Source: a virus | Lineage: Duplodnaviria; Caudoviricetes | Virus record (IMG/VR): IMGVR_UViG_3300014656_000101 | Coordinates: 1-28,424 of that record | DNA length: 28,424 bases | Strand: one strand, 5' to 3' | Part shown: positions 16,493-24,694 of the stretch, piece after piece | Layout: each line of letters starts with the position of its first letter | Numbering within the stretch: position 1 is the stretch's first letter | Notes under the pieces: generated by a model | The model's input: only the letters and a program-made list of their open reading frames with translations | Told to the model about the DNA's origin: nothing | Database searches by the model: none | Made by a program: the position numbers and the translations under genes

Positions 16493-19225
16493 ATGCCCCA
16501 CGACCGCTACTACCGACAACCTAAGCCATTGCCAGACCCGTCTACTCTACCATTCCCTGGCAATCTTATCCGGCTGTGTACTGACTGCGAGTTGCATAAG
16601 GGTTGCAAAGCACCTGTTCCAGGTCGTGGTCCAACTGCCGCTTATGTGATGTTTGTTGGAGAGGCCCCGGGCCAAGACGAAGATTTATGGGGTTATGAAC
16701 CCTTTGTCGGACGTGCTGGGCAACAACTCAACTCTCTGCTGTTACAGATAGGGCTGTCCAGAGAGACAGCCTATCTCACGAATACTATCCACTGTCATCC
16801 TCCCCATAATAGAGACCCCAAACCATCTGAGGTCAAAGCCTGCTCCCACTGGCTCGACTTAGAAATAGAACTGGTTAATCCCCATATCATAGTGGCAATG
16901 GGTGCTCCCGCTATCCGGCGCTTCCTTGGTGACACTGCTGGCACTGTCGAGCATCTTCATGGCAAACCCGTAGCCGTGCAGGTTGGGTCAGCCGTCCGTG
17001 TAGTTCTTCCCTGTTATCATCCTGCTGCCGGGCTTCGTGTTACTGCTCATCTGCGCCACCTCTATGATGACTTTCAAGTGTTACGAGGATTGGCGGGTGG
17101 TAGGGACTTGGCAGATTACAGGGTGGTGGATGAGTACCCAGAACCAGACTATCGGGTGGTAGATACCCCAGAACTATTGGCTGAAATGGCTGACGATATT
17201 ATGGATTCCGGACAGTTTGCCATTGACACCGAGACGTGGAAGCGAGGTGTGGAACTATGGAGTACTCAAATCAGTGCCAGGCCGGGGACATCATGGTTTA
17301 CTCCTGTGAGGGTTGGATACGGCAGGGATAGAGTAGACCTGACCAAGTTTGGTGCTCATGTCATCGTCCACAACTATCTGTTTGATGTTCAGTGGTTGGT
17401 AATCACCGATGGCAGGTTCACGGACTCAATGGTGCAGGCCTACCTTCTTGGATTGCCGCAGGGCTTAAAAGAACTCGCATCCCGTCTTTGCGGAATGGCC
17501 ATGATAACCTACTCCGAGATGGTTCGTCCTGGGCAGCGGAAACTATCAGTAGACTATCTCACAGAGGCCATATCCCGTGACTGGCCGGACCCGCCAGAAG
17601 TCGAGGAAGTCAAGTGGGACAACAAGGCGGGCAAGATAGTAACTAAGATAAAGCATCCGTGGCATATCACTCGCAAGATGAAGAAGATACTGGCGGACTC
17701 GGTAGATAACCTGGACATAGACCCTTATGACCGATGGAGACACGTAGACCAGCAGGAGAGGGTGGAGGTGGAGAAGGCTCTTGGTATAATGCCGGAATCC
17801 TCGCTTGCAGACATTAAGTTCGAGGACGCCGTGCAATACGCATGTAGAGATTCGGATGCCACCATCCGTGTTAAGCTCAAGATGGACGGACTAATCCGCG
17901 AGGCGGGACTGGGGCTCGTGCTTAACTCCATAGACCTAGCTTGTCTCCCAGAAGTATACGATATGATGCAGAACGGCATGACCGTGGACATACCTTACCT
18001 CAAGGAATTATCCAAGCACTACGCCGAGGGCATGGACAGGGCTGCCTTTCTTGCTGCTGCTAAAGTCGGACATCCGTTCAATCCCAGTTCCAGCAAGCAG
18101 GTGGCCACGGTCATATATGAGGAGCTCGGATTCAAACCCACCAAGCGAACTGCTACTGGACTTATAAGCACCGATGACCGGGAACTCAAGAAGGTATCCC
18201 ATCCGGTGGTCAGCGATATTCTGGAATATCGACGGCTGAACAAGAATAAGGGGACGTTTGCCGATTCGCTGGTGAATAACGCCGTCCCCCACGAGGTAGA
18301 TGGACAGACAGTATATCGTGTTCACACTACTCTCAAAGTAACGAGGACGGAGACTGGTAGATTGTCTAGTTCAGAACCTGTCAATCTCCAGACGATGCCC
18401 GTCAGATCTGAGGAGGGCAGAAAAATAAGGGGTGGGTTCTCGTTTACTCCCGGATATAAAGGGTTAGCTGGCGACTTCATCCAACAGGAAATGAAACTGC
18501 AGGCCCATGAGGCTCAGTGCAGGAGTATGATAGACGTGTTTCTAAGGGGTGACGATCTTCATACCGATACTGCTGCCCAGATATTCGGTGTCCCTATAGA
18601 TGTGGCCGAGAAGATACAGTACCGTTACCCCGCGAAGTCAACGAACTTCGGGATTATTTATCTCATCAGTGCTAAGGGATTGTATGAGAAGATCCATGAG
18701 GATGCTGCCGACATTATTGTGGACGGTAAGCCACTGGATGTCTCGGAGTGGACGCTGGATTCCTGTGAGCGACTTATCAGTGATTGGTATAGGCTCCGCC
18801 CAGAGGTCAGGGACTACCAGATGGAGCGTATTGCATTTGCCCGTCGCCACGGGTATGTTGTTGATATATTTGGCAGGAAACGGTATACCCCGGAGGTGAC
18901 TTGTCCTATTCGTGATATTCGGGAGGCTGGTGAGAGGCAAGTGGTGAACTTTGCTATCCAGGCCGGCAGTCAGGGCATCACCAAACTGGCTATGGCTTCG
19001 GCGTGGAAGAGCAGGAATAGGCTTTACTCCCCCGAAGATGTACGGTTTCTCATGCAAATCCATGATGAACTTATGCTAGAGATTAAGGGCGATGAGGAGT
19101 TTGTGTTAGAGATTGCCAAGTGGTTGAAAGGGATTATGGATAATGTTGTGATGCTGAGTATACCGATGATTTCGGATGTGAAGGTGGGGTATAGGTGGAA
19201 TTCTATGGAGAAGCTGGAACTGTGA
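16493..19225 (+). CDS. polA: Family A DNA polymerase fused to N-terminal family-4 uracil-DNA glycosylase
   Basis: UDG: CTDC, GEAPG, PFVGRAG, HPAA; exonuclease: AIDTET, HNYLFD, YACRD; polymerase: TETGRLSS, NLQ, DFIQQE, RYPAKSTNFGIIY, QIHDEL. Confidence 0.95.
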   Translation: MPHDRYYRQPKPLPDPSTLPFPGNLIRLCTDCELHKGCKAPVPGRGPTAAYVMFVGEAPGQDEDLWGYEPFVGRAGQQLNSLLLQIGLSRETAYLTNTIHCHPPHNRDPKPSEVKACSHWLDLEIELVNPHIIVAMGAPAIRRFLGDTAGTVEHLHGKPVAVQVGSAVRVVLPCYHPAAGLRVTAHLRHLYDDFQVLRGLAGGRDLADYRVVDEYPEPDYRVVDTPELLAEMADDIMDSGQFAIDTETWKRGVELWSTQISARPGTSWFTPVRVGYGRDRVDLTKFGAHVIVHNYLFDVQWLVITDGRFTDSMVQAYLLGLPQGLKELASRLCGMAMITYSEMVRPGQRKLSVDYLTEAISRDWPDPPEVEEVKWDNKAGKIVTKIKHPWHITRKMKKILADSVDNLDIDPYDRWRHVDQQERVEVEKALGIMPESSLADIKFEDAVQYACRDSDATIRVKLKMDGLIREAGLGLVLNSIDLACLPEVYDMMQNGMTVDIPYLKELSKHYAEGMDRAAFLAAAKVGHPFNPSSSKQVATVIYEELGFKPTKRTATGLISTDDRELKKVSHPVVSDILEYRRLNKNKGTFADSLVNNAVPHEVDGQTVYRVHTTLKVTRTETGRLSSSEPVNLQTMPVRSEEGRKIRGGFSFTPGYKGLAGDFIQQEMKLQAHEAQCRSMIDVFLRGDDLHTDTAAQIFGVPIDVAEKIQYRYPAKSTNFGIIYLISAKGLYEKIHEDAADIIVDGKPLDVSEWTLDSCERLISDWYRLRPEVRDYQMERIAFARRHGYVVDIFGRKRYTPEVTCPIRDIREAGERQVVNFAIQAGSQGITKLAMASAWKSRNRLYSPEDVRFLMQIHDELMLEIKGDEEFVLEIAKWLKGIMDNVVMLSIPMISDVKVGYRWNSMEKLEL

Positions 19226-19515
19226 GCATAAGCGATCACTTTGTCTGGACTATGGTGTCTCCTGGCGAGGTACCCCAGTGGATCAAGAAGCGGTTACACA
19301 GAGGGGAACCTGGAGATTGTCGTAGATTGCATGGACGGCATTTTAATTATTTAGTGACTTGCTGGTGTGAGCAGGGACATGTTAATTATCATTGGATTAT
19401 ACGGAGACGTACTAGACGTGCTGTTCTCAACTGCTTTCTGCTCTTTGTGGCTGTTCCAGTGACGCTTCTGCTTTCCACTTGCTGGTTCATCAAATGGTGG
19501 GAGGTAGCAGGATGA
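19222..19515 (+). CDS. Hypothetical protein with C-terminal TM helix
   Basis: GTGA overlap with polA and ATGA overlap with the next gene. Confidence 0.55.
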   Translation: MSISDHFVWTMVSPGEVPQWIKKRLHRGEPGDCRRLHGRHFNYLVTCWCEQGHVNYHWIIRRRTRRAVLNCFLLFVAVPVTLLLSTCWFIKWWEVAG

Positions 19516-19835
19516 TTATCCAGACAACCGTAGTCCACTGCAAACAATCCCCCTACGACATCCTCATAGACCGAACCACCATATTCGGCAATCCGTTCCC
19601 GGAATGGAAATGGGGTCGCGAGGGCTGTATCCAGAAGCACCGAACTTACTTTTATGCTAGACTGGAGAGGGACCCAGAGTTCAAGGCGAAGGTGCTGGAA
19701 CTGGAAGGCAAGGTGTTGGGGTGCTGGTGTAAACCGTTGCTCTGTCATGGGGACACGATTGCAGAATTTCTTAGTGCGTATGGGTGGTTGCAAGACATAT
19801 GGGAGGAGAGTATGAGGGGAATAGAACCAGAATAA
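19512..19835 (+). CDS. DUF4326 family protein
   Basis: VVHCK..YDILIDR...FGNPF...LEGKVLGCWCKPLLCHGD. Confidence 0.9.
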   Translation: MIIQTTVVHCKQSPYDILIDRTTIFGNPFPEWKWGREGCIQKHRTYFYARLERDPEFKAKVLELEGKVLGCWCKPLLCHGDTIAEFLSAYGWLQDIWEESMRGIEPE

Positions 19836-19857
19836 GCATCTCAGGAGGTTTATCCCT

Positions 19858-20088
19858 ATGTGGTACATCTGCCCTTTATGTGATGCCGAATGGGAAGAGG
19901 AGGCAGTAGACGGATACCCTATCATTTGTGCCAGATGCTACTACAAACTGGATAAAGAAGAATTAAGTGATTATGAAAGGAGTTGCCAAGATGACCGAAA
20001 ACGCCAATGCTACCCCCGCCTCATTACCGGACGTCGTCTCCAGTCTCTACCAAGTCCGGCAACAGAAGTCAGCACTAGAAAAGACTGA
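19858..20088 (+). CDS. Small zinc-ribbon protein (3' end overlaps next gene)
   Basis: AGGAGGT RBS; CPLC...CARC. Confidence 0.5.
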   Translation: MWYICPLCDAEWEEEAVDGYPIICARCYYKLDKEELSDYERSCQDDRKRQCYPRLITGRRLQSLPSPATEVSTRKD

Positions 20089-20335
20089 AAAGGTACTGTT
20101 AGAGCAGCTGAAGACGGCAACCGACCCCCAATTCGACAAGCTGGTATCCGAGGATGCCGGGAGCAAAGTGCCTCTTATCGTCGACCAGTTCTCGGTATTC
20201 CGTACCGCTGGTACATCCCGAACTATCAGCGGTGACTTGCTGCTGGAACGAGGTGTTGCCCCGGATATAATAAATTACGCTACCAAGACCACCATCTATT
20301 TCCGGTACCAAGTAAAAGAGACGGGAGGGAAGTAA
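19991..20335 (+). CDS. Hypothetical protein
   Basis: AAGGAG RBS before ATG 19991; N-terminal helix. Confidence 0.7.
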   Translation: MTENANATPASLPDVVSSLYQVRQQKSALEKTEKVLLEQLKTATDPQFDKLVSEDAGSKVPLIVDQFSVFRTAGTSRTISGDLLLERGVAPDIINYATKTTIYFRYQVKETGGK

Positions 20336-20336
20336 A

Positions 20337-20531
20337 ATGACACAGACTGGGAAACCTGTCATCTCTGCTAAAACGAATAAGACGAAACTGTATGTCCGTT
20401 TATCTCCTACTGTCTTGTTCCCTGCTCCTTCCTGTTACGGGCAACACAAGCGGATGGAGGGCTCGGAGAAGTGTTGGCTGTGTGCTGTAGGGAAGCGGTG
20501 TAGGAGTGGCCAATCTACGGAAGAGCGGTAG
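20337..20531 (+). CDS. Small Cys-rich hypothetical protein
   Basis: GGAGG RBS; SCYG...CWLC....C. Confidence 0.6.
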   Translation: MTQTGKPVISAKTNKTKLYVRLSPTVLFPAPSCYGQHKRMEGSEKCWLCAVGKRCRSGQSTEER

Positions 20532-20569
20532 CGCGCCTCTTGACAAGTTCTTATTGGTGTTGCGACACC

Positions 20570-20627
20570 GAAAAATGTAAAATAGCCCAACTGGTGGACA
20601 ACCATATTGGGCTATTTTACATTTTTC
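20570..20627. repeat. Perfect 21-bp inverted repeat (terminator-like hairpin)
   Basis: GAAAAATGTAAAATAGCCCAA 20570-20590 / TTGGGCTATTTTACATTTTTC 20607-20627. Confidence 0.9.
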
Positions 20628-20652
20628 CCCGTCTGCCAGGTAGATACGGGAC

Positions 20653-20681
20653 TTGACAAATAGCCAGTTATATGATATGTT
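20653..20681 (+). promoter_or_regulatory. Sigma70-type promoter; probably gives a leaderless mRNA starting near ATG 20689
   Basis: TTGACA 20653-20658, 17 nt, extended TG, TATGTT 20676-20681. Confidence 0.6.
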
Positions 20682-20688
20682 CAAGTTA

Positions 20689-21021
20689 ATGGTAGCACAT
20701 AAGTTCTATTCCAAGCTGTTTGTGTTATTGTCGGTTCTGGCGCTAATGTTAATGCTATCACCAGTGCTGGCATCCTGCTCTTCGTCTGATGTCGCTGGCA
20801 CTACTGCCGATGCCGAGTCCGGGCAACTAACCCTGCGTGAGCTTGTAGAATCTATTGACGCCAGAACGGAAGCCATCGAAGGATACATAGCTACCCAAAC
20901 CGCTGGCCAGATTAACCAAATGGTGGCAGGCAAGGATACAGAAACAGAGCTGGCCGCTATTAAGACAGAACTGGCTGGCATTAAAAGGCAGCTACAGGAC
21001 ATTAGTGGGAGGATAAAGTAA
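20689..21021 (+). CDS. Predicted lipoprotein with coiled coil
   Basis: Basic N-region, hydrophobic h-region, lipobox LASC, heptad-rich C-terminus. Confidence 0.75.
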   Translation: MVAHKFYSKLFVLLSVLALMLMLSPVLASCSSSDVAGTTADAESGQLTLRELVESIDARTEAIEGYIATQTAGQINQMVAGKDTETELAAIKTELAGIKRQLQDISGRIK

Positions 21022-21022
21022 T

Positions 21023-21184
21023 ATGGTAATGCGTTTACCCAAGTCGGCACTGGAGGAGGATGTCAAGAATGCCATCCAGAAACAGGAGACTGGCAAATCA
21101 GGCAAATATAGAAGTAGAGGGCGGAAGCCCAAGAGGACGACCAGTCCATACGCTGTCGCAAGATTCAGCCAGATAACATATTAA
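21023..21184 (+). CDS. 53-aa basic protein (not in ORF track)
   Basis: GGAGG RBS; MVMRLPKSALEEDVKNAIQKQETGKSGKYRSRGRKPKRTTSPYAVARFSQITY. Confidence 0.6.
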   Translation: MVMRLPKSALEEDVKNAIQKQETGKSGKYRSRGRKPKRTTSPYAVARFSQITY

Positions 21185-21229
21185 TCCAAGTTCCAGTAGG
21201 CGGTCAGCCGAGGGAGGAAACATGGTCAG

Positions 21230-21409
21230 ATGATTAAAGGTCTAATAGGTGTAGCAATAGGGCTCGTCAGCTACATCGTGGTAGCGCAGCTGGTGAGTGC
21301 CTTAGTCACTGGCACGAACACAGGAGACGTCATTATTCAGAATATTCTCGGGTTGGCAGTAGCCATCGGCGTAGTCCTTTTCGCTTTTACGACCTTCTTG
21401 AAGGCGTAA
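21230..21409 (+). CDS. 59-aa two-helix hydrophobic protein, copy 1; candidate major virion protein
   Basis: MIKGLIGVAIGLVSYIVVAQLVSALVTGTNTGDVIIQNILGLAVAIGVVLFAFTTFLKA; GGAGG RBS; synonymous divergence from copy 2 shows coding selection. Confidence 0.9.
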   Translation: MIKGLIGVAIGLVSYIVVAQLVSALVTGTNTGDVIIQNILGLAVAIGVVLFAFTTFLKA

Positions 21410-21496
21410 TGCCATGAACACCACCCGGCCAGGAATATTACTGGAGTCGGTATATAATTGTGATTAGGCGGTCAGCCAGAGGAGACAAATAGACAA

Positions 21497-21676
21497 ATGA
21501 TTAAAGGTTTGATAGGTGTAGCCATTGGACTGGTAACTTATATTGTCGTTTCGCAACTTGTCACTGCTCTAGTGACAGGGACAGCGACCGGTGACGTGAT
21601 CATTCAGAACATTCTTGGACTTGCCGTCGCAATCGGCGTTGTGATCTTTGCATTTACGACCTTCTTGAAGGCGTAA
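21497..21676 (+). CDS. 59-aa two-helix hydrophobic protein, copy 2
   Basis: MIKGLIGVAIGLVTYIVVSQLVTALVTGTATGDVIIQNILGLAVAIGVVIFAFTTFLKA; 54/59 aa identical to copy 1. Confidence 0.9.
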   Translation: MIKGLIGVAIGLVTYIVVSQLVTALVTGTATGDVIIQNILGLAVAIGVVIFAFTTFLKA

Positions 21677-21724
21677 TACGGAGGTCGCCGGTACCAGGGA
21701 CAATAGAATAAGTACGTCCAATCA

Positions 21725-21773
21725 AAGAGAGCAGGGGGAGATCTGACAACAGGTTTCTCCCTGCTCTCTTTTT
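21725..21773 (+). terminator. Intrinsic terminator
   Basis: AAGAGAGCAGGGGGAGATCTG-ACAA-CAGGTTTCTCCCTGCTCTCTT followed by T run. Confidence 0.85.
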
Positions 21774-21836
21774 GTCATCGTATTCGTGCCTGTAAATCTT
21801 TTTTCAACTTTTTTTTCAAAATACCCCTTTGACCCC

Positions 21837-21865
21837 TTGACAAACCCTTGAATGTGTGCTATGAT
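21837..21865 (+). promoter_or_regulatory. Strong sigma70-type promoter for the small-gene array
   Basis: TTGACA 21837-21842, 17 nt, extended TG, TATGAT 21860-21865; T/A tracts upstream. Confidence 0.85.
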
Positions 21866-21898
21866 GAGGGTATCAGGATTAAGAAGGGATAAAAGAAA

Positions 21899-22162
21899 AT
21901 GAAAAAACTAACAATCAAACAGCAATTAACAAGATTACCCAAACTCGGTCACGGATGGTATGATGAGGTGCTTCACAACGGAAATCACAATTTGGCAGTT
22001 GAAGAAGCTGAACACATTGATTCGCATCATATAGTTATATTTAGTGAGGGCGACGGGACGTACAGGATATGGCATAGTGAAGTCTCTAGCAACGATCCAC
22101 ACGATAGGAATGGAAATATAGCCAGATGGTATGACTATGCTATTCTTCAAGACAAGAGTTAG
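21899..22162 (+). CDS. Hypothetical protein
   Basis: 87-aa ORF directly after the promoter. Confidence 0.7.
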   Translation: MKKLTIKQQLTRLPKLGHGWYDEVLHNGNHNLAVEEAEHIDSHHIVIFSEGDGTYRIWHSEVSSNDPHDRNGNIARWYDYAILQDKS

Positions 22163-22246
22163 CCCCATACTGTGAGCGGTAGTTAATCCATCCGCACCGT
22201 GCCGGGGATACACACACTATACCGGCACTAGCGGGGAGATTAGCAC

Positions 22247-22272
22247 CTTAACAACTCAATAGTGGACGGGTA
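22247..22272 (+). repeat. 26-bp element, inverted relative to copies at 22608-22633, 23713-23728 (partial) and 24374-24399
   Basis: CTTAACAACTCAATAGTGGACGGGTA is the reverse complement (24/26) of TACCCGTCCACTATTGAGCGGTTAAG. Confidence 0.9.
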
Positions 22273-22289
22273 GGAAAGGAGCAAAGTTT

Positions 22290-22589
22290 ATGGCATATAG
22301 GAAAAAGACATTACGTCAAATGTCCCCGACAGCTCGGAAGGTTGCCCGGTTGACTGGTGAATTAGAGAGCATCGCTAGACGACTTAAAAACCTGACACCA
22401 GATTTACAGCGATTAGATTTAGATAGTGCATCACTATCTCATGCTAATTCTGGTTTAACCCTATCCGATGCGGATGCGTGGGGCTTACAATCTGCACTAT
22501 TGCATGGGCTACAAGATGGATACCTTAAGGAGAACCAAGAATGGGCTGAAGCAATAATAAAGCGGATTGATAGGTTCAGGGAAAAGTAG
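22290..22589 (+). CDS. Hypothetical protein
   Basis: AAGGAG RBS; 99 aa, helical. Confidence 0.75.
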   Translation: MAYRKKTLRQMSPTARKVARLTGELESIARRLKNLTPDLQRLDLDSASLSHANSGLTLSDADAWGLQSALLHGLQDGYLKENQEWAEAIIKRIDRFREK

Positions 22590-22596
22590 CAATAAT

Positions 22597-22660
22597 ATAA
22601 ATACAATTACCCGTCTACTATTGAGCGGTTAAGCAAATAAATGGAGGTAAAAAGGAAATG
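22597..22660 (+). repeat. ~63-bp intergenic direct repeat (second copy 24363-24427)
   Basis: ATAAATACAATTACCCGTCYACTATTGAGCGGTTAAGCAWATAAATGGAGGTAAAAAGGAA(T)ATG. Confidence 0.9.
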
Positions 22661-22939
22661 GGAAAATCAGTTACATGTAACTATGAGGTACAAGTTCACA
22701 ACCTACTCACTGATAGGCTACATTTAATTGGAGCTATGAACTTTAAGGAAGCCAAGGACAAGCTACTGGCTGAGGCGCAACGCATAGGCGCTGTTACAGG
22801 CTATATCTGGGCACAAACAAAGATAGCTGAGAAGATAATTAACCGCAATGGTGCTGACTACTTAAAGGTAACAATTACAGTCAATACACCTGAGCGCACG
22901 GTGTACACTATAGCAGGCGTAAACATACTTACCAGTTAA
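22658..22939 (+). CDS. Hypothetical protein
   Basis: AAATAAATGGAGGT leader. Confidence 0.75.
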   Translation: MGKSVTCNYEVQVHNLLTDRLHLIGAMNFKEAKDKLLAEAQRIGAVTGYIWAQTKIAEKIINRNGADYLKVTITVNTPERTVYTIAGVNILTS

Positions 22940-23012
22940 TCAGTTGACGCTGGGCACTACTGCCAGAGTGTCCAGGTGAGCAGGTCAGCTCAAATAATAG
23001 TGAGGTAGGAAA

Positions 23013-23195
23013 ATGATAGCACCGCGGGAGTTGATAAAAGAAATCGGAGACTCAAAGATAGCTGGTAGAATATACCAAGAAGCGTGTCAGCTATATCTCA
23101 AAGGATATTCTTTACCAGAAGCGATAGAGAAGGCAAAACAGAATCCAAAACATTGGTCAGTAAATAAAATAATGGAGGTAAGGGAAAATGACTAG
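23013..23195 (+). CDS. Hypothetical protein
   Basis: AAATAATAGTGAGGT leader. Confidence 0.65.
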   Translation: MIAPRELIKEIGDSKIAGRIYQEACQLYLKGYSLPEAIEKAKQNPKHWSVNKIMEVREND

Positions 23196-23517
23196 GGAAC
23201 TAACAAAGGAAGAATTAACCAAACTGGAGGATGCAGGATATTCCTGTGGTGATGGTGAGAAGTTTGACGACCTTTGCAAGGGATTGGGGATGACTAAGGT
23301 TGGTTTTGTCTGCCCCAAATTTGAATCAGCAGCCAGGGAAATGACCAAGTATCAAAGATATGATAGTGAAACTGAAGAATGGGTAGATTTCCCTGAATTT
23401 GTAAAGTTTAATCAACCGACATGGCTAAAAACACCAGAGCACTTCTCGGCATGGGTTATTAAGAATACATCTGAAGGCAGACGGCTATCCTGTGAATTAA
23501 TGCGAGAGGTAAGGTAA
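23188..23517 (+). CDS. Hypothetical protein
   Basis: AATAATGGAGGT leader. Confidence 0.75.
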   Translation: MTRELTKEELTKLEDAGYSCGDGEKFDDLCKGLGMTKVGFVCPKFESAAREMTKYQRYDSETEEWVDFPEFVKFNQPTWLKTPEHFSAWVIKNTSEGRRLSCELMREVR

Positions 23518-23549
23518 ACCGGTCAAATAAATAATATGGAGGTAAGGAA

Positions 23550-23735
23550 ATGAAAACTGAAACTAAAAAGATACTGACAAGGGAAGAGGCGTTTAAACAG
23601 CATGAAGAAGCCTTAACCCACATATCTTGGTGCTACAATTCAGCCATAGAGCACGCACAAGCAACATTGAAAAAGCATCTCCAAGATATCCGTGCTAACG
23701 CCAACAGCTATTCTATTGAGCGGTTAAGCAAATAA
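23550..23735 (+). CDS. Hypothetical protein
   Basis: AATAATATGGAGGT leader; 3' end runs into a partial repeat copy. Confidence 0.65.
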   Translation: MKTETKKILTREEAFKQHEEALTHISWCYNSAIEHAQATLKKHLQDIRANANSYSIERLSK

Positions 23736-23759
23736 ATAAGGAAAGGAGACAGAAAGAAA

Positions 23760-23957
23760 ATGAGTTACGGTATCGGTAGAGTCCCGGTGGATGTAGACCC
23801 GAACACCGAACTAATGGCAGAGCTAGAGGCAGAGAGGCTGCAACCCCGTTCCAAGCCGACCAAACGATGCGGTCACTGCGGACGGCAAACAAATGAGCTA
23901 ATGACATCGGCACATGGCAGCGTCTGCCCCAATTGCTATGATGAATGTAGTGATTAA
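23760..23957 (+). CDS. Small Zn-finger protein
   Basis: AAGGAG RBS; CGHC...CPNCYD. Confidence 0.7.
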   Translation: MSYGIGRVPVDVDPNTELMAELEAERLQPRSKPTKRCGHCGRQTNELMTSAHGSVCPNCYDECSD

Positions 23958-23989
23958 ATAATCCATAAAGAATAGGAGGACAAGAAAAA

Positions 23990-24172
23990 ATGAGTACATG
24001 TGGGGCTATATTCGAGGATAAACAGGGGCGATTGTGCGCCTGTGAAATTGAGACACCATCACCATCACGCCAGGAGCAGAGCCAACTAATGACAATGGTT
24101 GCTCCTTTCCCTGTACGGCACTCTGGCAAACATAAAGGCGTGCCAATCTGCCCTTATATCCCAGAGGATTAA
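23990..24172 (+). CDS. Small Cys/His hypothetical protein
   Basis: AGGAGG RBS. Confidence 0.6.
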   Translation: MSTCGAIFEDKQGRLCACEIETPSPSRQEQSQLMTMVAPFPVRHSGKHKGVPICPYIPED

Positions 24173-24198
24173 ACTAATAAATGGAGGTATGAACAATA

Positions 24199-24357
24199 AT
24201 GAAACCATCAAGGCGTAAAACGCTAAACCTCAAAGTTAATGCCTGCTATTATTGTGGTCATGCTGACAGAAGAGCATTAAGACAAGGTAGACCTTATTGT
24301 ACTGCCGACAATGCAGGTATTCGTAATGGACGTTGTGCTGAATTTATGAAACGCTAA
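24199..24357 (+). CDS. 52-aa Cys-rich protein (not in ORF track)
   Basis: AATAAATGGAGGT leader; CYYC...YC...RC. Confidence 0.65.
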   Translation: MKPSRRKTLNLKVNACYYCGHADRRALRQGRPYCTADNAGIRNGRCAEFMKR

Positions 24358-24424
24358 ATAAAATAAATACAATTACCCGTCCACTATTGAGCGGTTAAGC
24401 ATATAAATGGAGGTAAAAAGGAAT

Positions 24425-24694
24425 ATGAAAACGATAGTAACAAAAGCGGATAGGGAATCCCTTCAGAATCAATTCCGTAAATATGAAGTAACTGCAACCT
24501 CCCTTGAGGACTTCATGGACAGGTATATGAAGGACAGCCGATACAAAGGGCGCAACGATGCCCTGTGGGGATATGACTATTCTGAACATGTATTGGCTAG
24601 TTCTAAGGAATACCTGGACTTGTATGGCGTGTGCATAATCTCACATTTTGATTCAAGGACAGGTGAAATAGTCTCCTATTATCAACCTAAATAG
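24425..24694 (+). CDS. Hypothetical protein
   Basis: ATG 24425 after the repeated leader. Confidence 0.75.
   Translation: MKTIVTKADRESLQNQFRKYEVTATSLEDFMDRYMKDSRYKGRNDALWGYDYSEHVLASSKEYLDLYGVCIISHFDSRTGEIVSYYQPK

Noticed and set aside
20540-20568. Promoter at TTGACA 20540
   Set aside because: No -10 hexamer at 16-18 nt spacing (CGACAC)
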